Of a stretch of DNA of 32,000 bases, positions 1-7,331 are shown piece by piece (positions within the stretch are counted from its first letter, which is position 1; every line of letters starts with the position of its first letter). The notes beneath the pieces are model-generated. The model had not been told where the DNA came from, searched no databases, and was given only the letters and a program-made list of their open reading frames with translations. A program made the position numbers and the translations under genes. The DNA lies in contig CP064992.1 in the NCBI GenBank assembly GCA_016699935.1, forward strand, positions 570,001 to 602,000. Reading direction: 5' to 3'. The stretch comes from Candidatus Saccharimonadota bacterium. Lineage in GTDB: Bacteria > Patescibacteriota > Saccharimonadia > Saccharimonadales > UBA4665.

Positions 1-858
1 CCGTCCGTTTTTCACGGTAACGGGCGGTGATATTTTGTCTGGCGGTTCTATACGGTCATGGAACGAAGACAGTGGATCATACTTTGGAGCCGGAACGCAG
101 CTTGCCGCAATAGCAACAGGTAATATCCAGAATTTCGTGTCGGGGTTTGGCCTACCCGGAGGAGCCGCCACTCGTAGTGGGAGCGCTCTGAGCTTCGCCA
201 ATACAACTGCAAGTGGTACGACATACGGAGGTGGCTATGCAGTCAACCCATTTAGCCCAGAGCTACCAACAAATACGACTCCATGGCCGGCTTCAAGCTT
301 AGGCCTAGGTGATGCGACGTTAGTAGATGGAGCTACGTACGTGCATAGCGGTGATCTCACATTGTCGGGTACACTACCTGCCAATAAACGTATCACCATA
401 ATCCTGGAAAGCGGAAATGCCATCATTGCCAGTAATATACTATATGGCGCATATGCGAACGTTGCCAGCATACCGCGTCTGACGTTATTGATTCGAAGTG
501 GCAATATTCTTGTTGGGAGTGCGGTGACCGAAATGCATGGAATTTATTATGCAGGGGTGTTAGTCCTGGCAACGGCAACTTCTACAGTTGTGCGAGTGGC
601 GCGCTGCCAATCGTTATGACAACTTCTGGCGCTTACACAACCTGCCAGAATCGGCTGACGGTATACGGCGCGGTTGCCGCTAACAAACTGGTGCTGTCGC
701 GGACGTACGGAAGCCTTATAGCCGTACCTGGCGTGCCAGCCGAACCAGCCGAGAATTTCTACTACAGCCCTGAGCTGTGGTTGGCACAAGACGGCGCAAA
801 CACCGCTAATGGCCCAGTACGCTATGATTCGTATGTCAGTCTGCCCCCCGTGTTGTAA
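1..858 (+). CDS. C-terminal part of a large secreted protein, paralog of 7332-9399. It runs off the window's 5' edge and carries one frame break at the G-run 554-557.
   Basis: ORFs 35-619 and 616-858 join into one reading (..EMHGIYYAGG/VSPGNGNFYSCASG..). They align colinearly, by eye at a clear majority of positions, with 8540-9399 (GTQLAAIATG.IQNFVSG, IPRLT.L, LTVYGAV.ANKLVL.RTYG, YYSPELWLA.DGA). Stop codon at 856-858. Confidence 0.6.
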
Positions 859-1013
859 TATTGTTTTTGAATAATGAAATGGTCGAAGAACAGTGTAATG
901 TACTACGGCAGGCGCTGAAAACGGAGGCACACAAACACGCTTGAATGAAGCTGTGCTCTATCGTGAGTTCGAGGAAGAGATTGGTATGGCGCCGTAAGTT
1001 TCTGGGGTTTGGC

Positions 1014-1499
1014 TTATAGGTTAACAGTGGCAAATTCAACAGCCGGGTCGTGGCACTCGGTACCGAAGTACGCTTTCTTTAGGTCGATTGTTGAATAATC
1101 GGTACATGGTATGAGTACCGGAGTTGCCGTAAAGTAATGCCAGGCTTTATCTGGGGTCTGATAGTAGTAGACGGGTACCGGCTCCTCACCGTCTTGTAAT
1201 TGTACAAAGCCACTCGCTGTATTATAGCCTCTGGTTGGGCTTGCATCTTGCACCAAATTTGCTATAACAACATCCTTTTTTTTGCTTGGATGATTCGCGG
1301 TAAACAAATCGTTGAACTGCTTTGTCTGCTTTGCTGATTTTTCATACTCAGCACTGTTTGCGCAGGTAACTTGCAGACCGTGACCATTCGTGAGCTGTTC
1401 GGTGGACAGCCTACAGCGCACAAAAGCATTTACGAAGGACTTATTGGGAGTAGTATTTCGTTTGGTGTCTGGGATTATTTTCTCATCTAATCCCTGCAA
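1014..1499 (-). CDS. Hypothetical protein; possibly the C-terminal half of a single gene with 1487-1921.
   Basis: 161-aa ORF that overlaps the upstream ORF by 13 nt in another frame. I recognised no motif. Confidence 0.35.
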   Translation of the reverse strand: MQGLDEKIIPDTKRNTTPNKSFVNAFVRCRLSTEQLTNGHGLQVTCANSAEYEKSAKQTKQFNDLFTANHPSKKKDVVIANLVQDASPTRGYNTASGFVQLQDGEEPVPVYYYQTPDKAWHYFTATPVLIPCTDYSTIDLKKAYFGTECHDPAVEFATVNL

Positions 1500-1921
1500 G
1501 TACAGTATGTGTCGTGCCTTATTGTATGTTTTTCAAGCTTGTCGGTCGGAACTTTGTATTCGATAGCACTATAGTTAGTAGGTAATACGGAGAAGGTATA
1601 GCCAGCAGGTTGATACGGTGTCGGCGTTACACCACTTTTTGTGTCACTAGAGCCACCAGACAGGGAGCTTGTGAGTGCATCCATGACCTGACTAACATCG
1701 CGAGCGGTTGTACGCTTGTAGTTGATAGTCCAGTAGGCGCCAAGCCAAGGAAGTACCACGAGCAACAAAAAAACAAGCGCGAGTATTTTCTTTTTAGGAG
1801 ACCACTGCAGTAAGCCCGACTTCTTGGCTGAAACACCGTCACTCGTCACAATTTTATAGTCGTCCGAACCGTCTTTTGGCGGTGCTGTGTCCTCTGTTTT
1901 TTGTGCCTTGGTATCACTCAT
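1487..1921 (-). CDS. Hypothetical type-II membrane-anchored protein.
   Basis: Start MSDTKAQ at 1921, preceded by AGGTAGGGGGGAG and a TGCTATACT extended -10. One TM segment (ILALVFLLLVVLPWLGAYW). Confidence 0.4.
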   Translation of the reverse strand: MSDTKAQKTEDTAPPKDGSDDYKIVTSDGVSAKKSGLLQWSPKKKILALVFLLLVVLPWLGAYWTINYKRTTARDVSQVMDALTSSLSGGSSDTKSGVTPTPYQPAGYTFSVLPTNYSAIEYKVPTDKLEKHTIRHDTYCTCRD

Positions 1922-1950
1922 AAGCCGCTCCCCCCTACCTTTAGCCTTAG

Positions 1951-2240
1951 TATAGCAGAACGGTGGAGAGTGAATACATAGTTTCTTACACAAGTTTCGC
2001 ACCAGCCAGCCTGCTCAGATGCGGAGCATCTGACACCGCTTGCTTCTCTAAACTCCTGTACGTTTTCCTCTCCAGTACATCGGTTTCACCTCTTTTTTCG
2101 CTGCTCGCACAAAGAAAAAACAAGTATTTACTTTACTGCACGGCTGCGACACCACTTCACCCTGCTAAAATACGGCTCGTTCCGTTGTTTGAGGAGAAAA
2201 TGAACATGATTTCAAAGTGCGAAACTTGTGCATAGTAGGG
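1951..2240. repeat. Copy A of a leader-like structured element (family A/B/C).
   Basis: Shares blocks with 3071-3287: ctccagtacatcggtttcacctc, tacggctcgttccg, gagga.aaaatg, gtgcgaaa.ttgtg, tatagcaga.ggtggag.gtgaat..atagtttcttacac. Confidence 0.55.
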
Positions 2241-2342
2241 CACACCACTAACAACTCAGATACAGTTAATGTATGCAGTAGCAGTAAACCAGTCTGTATA
2301 CTATTTGTGACTATCAAGACAAAGAGTAAAAATACAGACAGT

Positions 2343-2941
2343 TTAGAAGTGTGTGGTGGGGTACTTATGCTTGAAGCGCTTCAGGAGGCCGCTGGAATTG
2401 TCGAGGTGTTGTGCTTCAAGATAGGTAATGAAGGAGTCAATCGAGTACTGCGAGCTGATTGCTTCGACTTCATTTCGGCAAGGAAAGGGGTAATCCAGGT
2501 ACTCCGTTGTAGCTGGAAGCAGCCCATGTGGCGAAGCTGTCGGGTAAGATTACGGCGTGCGGCTGCATGCTCTTCGGGTATATCGTATATGATGACACGC
2601 CATGTTTTATCCCAGACCTCTTGTGGTCGTATGATAACATCACTCAGACGAACTCGTGTTAGGCGCCGTCGCGCCTTCTCGGTTATCTGCAATCCATGTT
2701 CGTAATCACCCGCCAGGTAGCCTCTACTTTTCATGTAGTAGATAATTCGGCGGATTTCTCTTTCTCGTTCGCGCTCATCAAGTTTAGAGTAAAGAGCGCC
2801 GAACGGCTTCCTTAAGCCAATGAGCACACCAGGGGCAAGTAGCCCCGCCGAAACCAGAGCTCCAAAAGACCCTATACGGATTAATTCATCAATAATATGA
2901 GCAGTTGTATCCCGACGGTGTGCTTGCTCGATCGTCTTCAT
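2343..2941 (-). CDS. PaaX-like (ferredoxin/Cas2-like fold) regulator-family protein with an N-terminal hydrophobic segment.
   Basis: The motif WRVIIYDIPEEHAAARRNLTRQLRHMGCFQLQRSTWITP matches the PaaX C-terminal pattern. The assembled ORF is 2381-2941. A 1-nt shift near 2484 restores a natural tail, ..PCRNEVEAISSQYSIDSFITYLEAQHLDNSSGLLKRFKHKYPTTHF*. Confidence 0.5.
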
Positions 2942-3070
2942 AGCTTACTATTTTACTCGATAGTCATAAATAGTAAACTGGGTGGTGGTGTGGGTATGGT
3001 GGGATGTAGAGGGGAGGTATTGGTGGTGGTTTGGCTGTAGTCGGTAACGTAGCTTTGTCGAGCTATTATT

Positions 3071-3287
3071 CCGACGCCTTTTGGGCGTATCTTAGCTACT
3101 CTAGACTCCTTACATTTTCCCCTCCAGTACATCGGTTTCACCTCTTTATTGCGCGGCTTCGACACCGCTATCACCGTACTGTGGTACGGCTCGTTCCGTG
3201 CTTCGAGGATAAAATGCTTTATGAGCGTGAGAGTGCGAAATTTGTGTATAGCAGAATGGTGGAGCGTGAATGTATAGTTTCTTACAC
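3071..3287. repeat. Copy B of the leader-like structured element, directly upstream (minus strand) of the PaaX-like gene.
   Basis: See copy A. On the minus strand it reads TGCTATACA (-10-like), about 95 nt, AAGAGGTGAAACCG-ATG (ATG at 3132), then the ORF MYWRGK.., which ends at 2953, 12 nt before the PaaX-like start. Confidence 0.55.
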
Positions 3288-3477
3288 GATTGGGGGAATA
3301 GAGGGGGTTTGTAACAGATATAAATAATTGACAGCAAAAGCATTATGGGTTAAAATAATCTAGTTCAGTGCACCTATATGGGTGGTTTCCGCCGTTGTAG
3401 GCGTTTTTTTAACGACTCCGGTGTTGAGACGCTACGGGCGCTTGTACATTAACAAGTCAGACTGCACCATGCACTTA

Positions 3478-3640
3478 CACCGACTGGCCTGTTTGTCGGC
3501 AGAGCCGCCAATTTTGCCAGTCTCTTTGGCTCATGCACATTTTTCGGCTGTGCTGCTCACTTCGCCGTATTTAGATACGGCTCGGTCCGCTGCTCGCCCG
3601 AGAAAATGCACCTGAGCTCAACGTGTAAGCACATGGAATA
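3478..3640. repeat. Copy C, a more diverged and more GC-rich member of the same element family.
   Basis: Keeps cggctg.gc..c, the hairpin gccgta-tttaga-tacggc followed by tcggtccg, and gagaaaatgcac. It lacks the ctccagtacatcgg block. Confidence 0.35.
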
Positions 3641-3682
3641 ACTAGATATAGGTTTTTATAAAACAAATATTTTTCAAAAAAA

Positions 3683-3737
3683 CCTAGTGTCACGATATGT
3701 GCGCGTGAACTTCATGCCTACACATCGTGATACTAGG
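3683..3737. repeat. Imperfect inverted repeat at the left edge of the high-GC island.
   Basis: CCTAGTGTCACGATATGTG, 19 nt, CACATCGTGATACTAGG. The arms pair over about 16 bp with a 2-nt bulge and one G-T pair. Confidence 0.6.
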
Positions 3738-3846
3738 ACGCAAGCCCCCAGCAATGGACCGGCAATGGGAATGGAAACCCCAGCAAACTAGTTCTCGATC
3801 CGCTCGCGCCTGCGAGTGGAAGCCAAAAACGAAAGGACCACGTCAT

Positions 3847-5346
3847 GTGGACCTTTGGAAAGAGTGGTGGCCCCGCCGCCACCCGAACCGCCCCCGGCGG
3901 CGTGGCGTCTTCGCCAGCATCGCCGTCGCCCTCGTCGCCCTCGTCGCCCTCGGCGCGCCCGCCGCCATGGCGACATACAACCCAACGGTCTCGGTGACCG
4001 TTGACGCGCCATCGAAGTGTTTCCCAGCCGGCACCGAGGAGGTGAGCTTTGGGTACACGATCACCAACGGCACGGTTCCGCAAGGAGCCAACGTGTCGCT
4101 CAAGGACACGACCAGGGGGTGGGTCATCGGACCCAACGCCTCCATTGAGGAGGTGCTGCCATCCGGCGGTACCTTCTCATCGATTGAAACCCGGCGGTGA
4201 TGAACCACTCGTACGAGTTGACGATCAAAGGGCCTCGTGGGCGGCACCGACACGGTGACCTTCACCATCCCCGGTGTCTGCCCGGTCGAGAAGACCAAGG
4301 TCACCGCGGTCGACGGGAAGTTCTCGAACCTCTGCGGTCCGGGCTACAACCTTTCGTTCGCGGAGACCCCGACCGATGGCGTGAAGTACGTCCAGACCCG
4401 GACGGGCAACACGCTCAAGGTCACGCCGGAGGTCACGGACAGCTCGAAGTACGAGCTCACCAACCCCGGCTGGTCGCAGACCAAGACCGACGACCTGGTC
4501 GCCTGCCCGGTCGAGAAGACCAAGGTCACCGCGGTCGACGGGAAGTTCTCGAACCTCTGCGGTCCGGGCTACAACCTTTCGTTCGCGGAGACCCCGACCG
4601 ATGGCGTGAAGTACGTCCAGACCCGGACGGGCAACACGCTCAAGGTCACGCCGGAGGTCACGGACAGCTCGAAGTACGAGCTCACCAACCCCGGCTGGTC
4701 GCAGACCAAGACCGACGACCTGGTCGCCTGCCCGGTCGAGAAGACCAAGGTCACCGCGGTCGACGGGAAGTTCTCGAACCTCTGCGGTCCGGGCTACAAC
4801 CTTTCGTTCGCGGAGACCCCGACCGATGGCGTGAAGTACGTCCAGACCCGGACGGGCAACACGCTCAAGGTCACGCCGGAGGTCACGGACAGCTCGAAGT
4901 ACGAGCTCACCAACCCCCCTGGTCGCAGACCAAGACCGACGACCTGGTCGCCTGCCCGGTCGAGAAGACCAAGGTCACCGCGGTCGACGGGAAGTTCTCG
5001 AACCTCTGCGGTCCGGGCTACAACCTTTCGTTCGCGGAGACCCCGACCGATGGCGTGAAGTACGTCCAGACCCGGACGGGCAACACGCTCAAGGTCACGC
5101 CGGAGGTCACGGACAGCTCGAAGTACGAGCTCACCAACCCCGGCTGGTCGCAGACCAAGACCGACGACCTGGTCGCCTGCCCGGTCGGCACCCAGAAGGG
5201 GCCGGACAGCGACGACGCCGTGTCGTTCGAAAGAACATCACCCCGCAGGGTGGCTGCTGATTGGCTTCGGTGGCGCGGCGTTGTTCGTCATTGTTCTCCT
5301 CTCCGCCTTCGCGGGTCGGCGGAACGGTGCCCGGTCTCGGTCGTAA
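3847..5346 (+). CDS. High-GC secreted repeat surface protein of actinobacterial style, with three or more frame breaks as assembled.
   Basis: GTG start at 3847 after GAAAGGA. Signal peptide ..RPRRRGVFASIAVALVALVALGAPAAMA|TYNP. Four identical 75-aa repeats. C-terminal GWLLIGFGGAALFVIVLLSAFAGRRNGARSRS* ends at 5346. GC3 is nearly saturated. Frame breaks near 4200-4237, 4914-4919 and about 5220. Confidence 0.6.
4281..5179 (+). repeat. Four tandem 225-bp repeats, identical except for a net 1-nt deletion in copy 3; a truncated fifth unit starts at 5180.
   Basis: Unit starts (cccggtcgagaagacc) at 4281, 4506, 4731 and 4955. Copy 3 reads caacccccctgg where the others read caaccccggctgg. Confidence 0.95.
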
Positions 5347-5359
5347 GACCGGACTGTGG

Positions 5360-5716
5360 GTGCGAGTGGTCTTCGGACTTATCGCACTCGCGCTGATGGT
5401 GCGCGGCTTCGGGCTTCGGGAGGATGTACTTCTCCCAGAGGACCCGGAGCCGAGCCCATCGGCAACGGCGCCGTCGGTGACGAGCAACGCAGCTACGGCT
5501 TCGCCGAGCTCGTCACCGACAGTCGTCGGACCGACCGCCACGTCGGTACCGACAATGACCGCACCTTCGCTCCCCGCTGTGGGTGAGTCGATGCCGGTCA
5601 AAATTGTCATCGACACCGTCGATGACAAAACCGCTATCCACATCGAGCGGAGATCGCAAAGGTGCCCGTCCGGCCAGTTCTGGTCGACGGTCGCTGGCGT
5701 GTTCGTCCGCCCGTAG
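5360..5716 (+). CDS. High-GC membrane-anchored protein with a Pro/Ser/Thr-rich linker; function unknown and possibly truncated.
   Basis: TM segment VVFGLIALALMVRGFGL, then PEDPEPSPSATAPSVTSNAATASPSSSPTVVGPTATSVPTMTAPSLP, then PVKIVIDTVDDKTAIHIE. The GTG start at 5360 is tentative. Confidence 0.3.
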   Translation: MRVVFGLIALALMVRGFGLREDVLLPEDPEPSPSATAPSVTSNAATASPSSSPTVVGPTATSVPTMTAPSLPAVGESMPVKIVIDTVDDKTAIHIERRSQRCPSGQFWSTVAGVFVRP

Positions 5717-5722
5717 ATAGTG

Positions 5723-5756
5723 CTGAGGCGCTTCGGCAGGTGTACCTGCGCCTCAG
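5723..5756 (+). terminator. GC-rich hairpin after the island's last ORF; no U-tract.
   Basis: CTGAGGCGC, 16 nt, GCGCCTCAG; a 9-bp perfect stem 7 nt after the stop at 5716. Confidence 0.4.
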
Positions 5757-5782
5757 TGATGTACCAGAACTAGTTCCGGCCG

Positions 5783-6130
5783 TCATGCCGTCGAATCCTG
5801 CTCCGGCGGGAATCTACTTCGACGGACACATGTCGTGACCGTAACGGTAAGGTCTGTGATGGCGCCTTCGACCGTCTTCAGGAAACTGAAGGTCGGCCAA
5901 TCCAGGTCAAGCTTTTCCTCGAAAACGGGTTTACACTCGTTTTCGAAAAGTTTTGGTCGGACACCATTCAAAAGGCTCTCCGCGCACAGCGCCGAGTTTT
6001 ACGATGGCGTCCCAGGCGTTCTTCACCTCGTGGGCTGTAACCTACGGAAGATGGAGCCGCCTCCACCCACAATTACCTCGTCAAGGGGAAGCTTGTGGCG
6101 GTCGAGCGCTGGAGGTAGTGGACGCTAGTC
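5783..6130 (-). pseudogene. Degraded ORF of unknown family, readable only by joining three frames.
   Basis: Minus-strand pieces ..ALDRHKLPLDEVIVGGGGSIFR / VTAHEVKNAWDAIVKLGAVRGEPFE / NGVRPKLFENECKPVFEEKLDLDWPTFSFLKTVEGAITDL.. Confidence 0.3.
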
Positions 6131-6150
6131 TACGGAAGGAGGTGAGCACA

Positions 6151-6288
6151 ATGCTCCCGACGTCCACTACTCAGCCTCGGCTGGAAAACCTATCAGTTTG
6201 TTTCGCCCTCGGCGGAGCATTGCAGTCTGACAGTTTTTCCATGACTCGTAAGGGGGAATGGAGAACGAAGAACGGGAATGAAGAATGA
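6151..6288 (+). CDS. 45-aa small ORF behind a near-perfect Shine-Dalgarno sequence.
   Basis: GGAAGGAGGTGA (6134-6145), 5-nt spacer, ATG at 6151. Encodes MLPTSTTQPRLENLSVCFALGGALQSDSFSMTRKGEWRTKNGNEE*. A terminator follows at 6307-6328. Confidence 0.3.
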   Translation: MLPTSTTQPRLENLSVCFALGGALQSDSFSMTRKGEWRTKNGNEE

Positions 6289-6545
6289 AGAATGAAGAAT
6301 GAGTAGGCGCCGGAGAGGCGCTTTTTTTGGTGCCTTTAAATTAGAGATTAGAGATAAGAGATAAGAGTTAAGAGATAAGAGGGGGTGGAAGGTGGGGGTG
6401 GTTGGTGGGGGGTGGAAGGTGGGGGTTGGAAGGTGGGGGGTTGGAAGGGCGATGAGCAACTGGCAACTGGCAATGATTAAGGTATCAACAAACTAGCAAC
6501 TTCCAACTATCAACTTCCAACTATCAACTTCCAACTATCAACTTC
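6276..6545. repeat. Composite tract of heptanucleotide tandem repeats in several families.
   Basis: GAATGAA x4 (6276-6303); TTAGAGA/TAAGAGA x6 (6341-6382); G-rich GGTGGAA/GGTGGGG-type (6381-6448); GCAACTG-type x3 (6454-6474); CAACTTC/CAACTAT x7 (6497-6545). Confidence 0.9.
6307..6328 (+). terminator. Rho-independent terminator.
   Basis: GCGCC-GGAGA-GGCGC followed by TTTTTTT. Confidence 0.6.
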
Positions 6546-6551
6546 CTATGT

Positions 6552-6812
6552 CTATTTGTAGAGTTGGCTGTGGGTGCCGATGGCGACGAAGAGGAGGGTA
6601 TCGGCCGTGAAGGCGAGGAAGTGCAGGCGTAGGTCACCACCTGCGCTTATGGAGCAGTACCCCGCCCACTCGCCCTTTAGCCGGTGCAAGCGTAGGGCTG
6701 GAGCTGCCGGGTTTTCAAGATAGAGCGCTAGGGCTGCTTTGGCGCGGAGTTGCTTGGGGCGAGTAAGTTTTGCGAACTGTTTATCAAATTCTTTAGTGAA
6801 ATCTACCTGCAT
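6552..6812 (-). CDS. Type II toxin, RelE/YafQ-family mRNA interferase.
   Basis: 86 aa. Family-typical pattern ..NPAAPALRLHRLKGEWAGYCSISAGGDLRLHFLAFTADTLLFVAIGTHSQLYK. Located 6 nt downstream of the antitoxin. Confidence 0.75.
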   Translation of the reverse strand: MQVDFTKEFDKQFAKLTRPKQLRAKAALALYLENPAAPALRLHRLKGEWAGYCSISAGGDLRLHFLAFTADTLLFVAIGTHSQLYK

Positions 6813-6818
6813 ATATGA

Positions 6819-7099
6819 CTAGCTCATGAGCGAATCAAGGTGGGCGAGGGCGTCATTTTTGCTATGCGCGTGGGTAATGTTGCGGCCAAGTGCGTGGTTG
6901 GACTCTGCGCGGTGCATGACAGTTTGCAGATAGGGGTAGGCTCAAAGGTGGTGCTCAGCACGACTCGACGGTCACGCAGGGCCTGTTTGACCACAAGGTT
7001 GACGAACGCAGTCGTGGAAACGCCGAGCTCGGCTGCGAACTCTTTCAGCTCTCGCTTCGTAAGTTCATCTGTTTTGACTGTGAGTAAAGTAGTAGACAT
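6819..7099 (-). CDS. DinJ/RelB-like antitoxin.
   Basis: MSTTLLTVKTDELTKRELKEFAAELGVSTTAFVNLVVKQALRDRRVVL.. The assembled ORF ends at 6824. A 1-nt shift at the run 6933-6936 gives the tail ..YLQTVMHRAESNHALGRNITHAHSKNDALAHLDSLMS*, with its stop at 6819-6821. Confidence 0.7.
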
Positions 7100-7114
7100 A
7101 CATACATTGTATGT
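7100..7114. promoter_or_regulatory. Candidate operator palindrome of the TA operon.
   Basis: ACATACA-T-TGTATGT: 7-bp arms abutting the antitoxin start codon. Confidence 0.45.
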
Positions 7115-7146
7115 GTAACGTATGATTTTGTCAATAAGCTGTGGGG

Positions 7147-7209
7147 GCAACGATCAACGAGCAATTGATCAAGGTATCAACAAACTATCAATTAGCAACT
7201 ATCAACGAG
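7147..7209. repeat. Degenerate heptanucleotide tract of the CAACNNN family.
   Basis: caacgat caacgag caattga tcaaggt atcaaca aactatc aattagc aactatc aacgagg. Confidence 0.7.
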
Positions 7210-7331
7210 GAATGATTATCGGTTAACAACCAATTACTAGGATTCATCTGGGATGGGTGTTTAACAGAGGGCGGTTTAGTCCGGGATGCTTATTTGTTCA
7301 CATGACGCTTGTGGTTTGGTATGATAACGAT

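Noticed and set aside
3733-5643. Long ORFs on the minus strand (3733-4083, 3843-4304, 5131-5643) and the 399-aa plus-strand ORF 4197-5396, which is rich in R, G, P and H.
   Set aside because: These are typical stop-poor shadow frames of high-GC DNA. Only the frame giving PVEKTKVTAVDGKF.. has protein-like composition, a signal peptide upstream and G/C at the third codon position.
6193-6459. 88-aa minus-strand ORF (..PTPHLPTPTFHPPPTTPTFHP..).
   Set aside because: It is a translation of the heptamer and G-rich repeat tracts. It is low-complexity, has no RBS, and overlaps a terminator.
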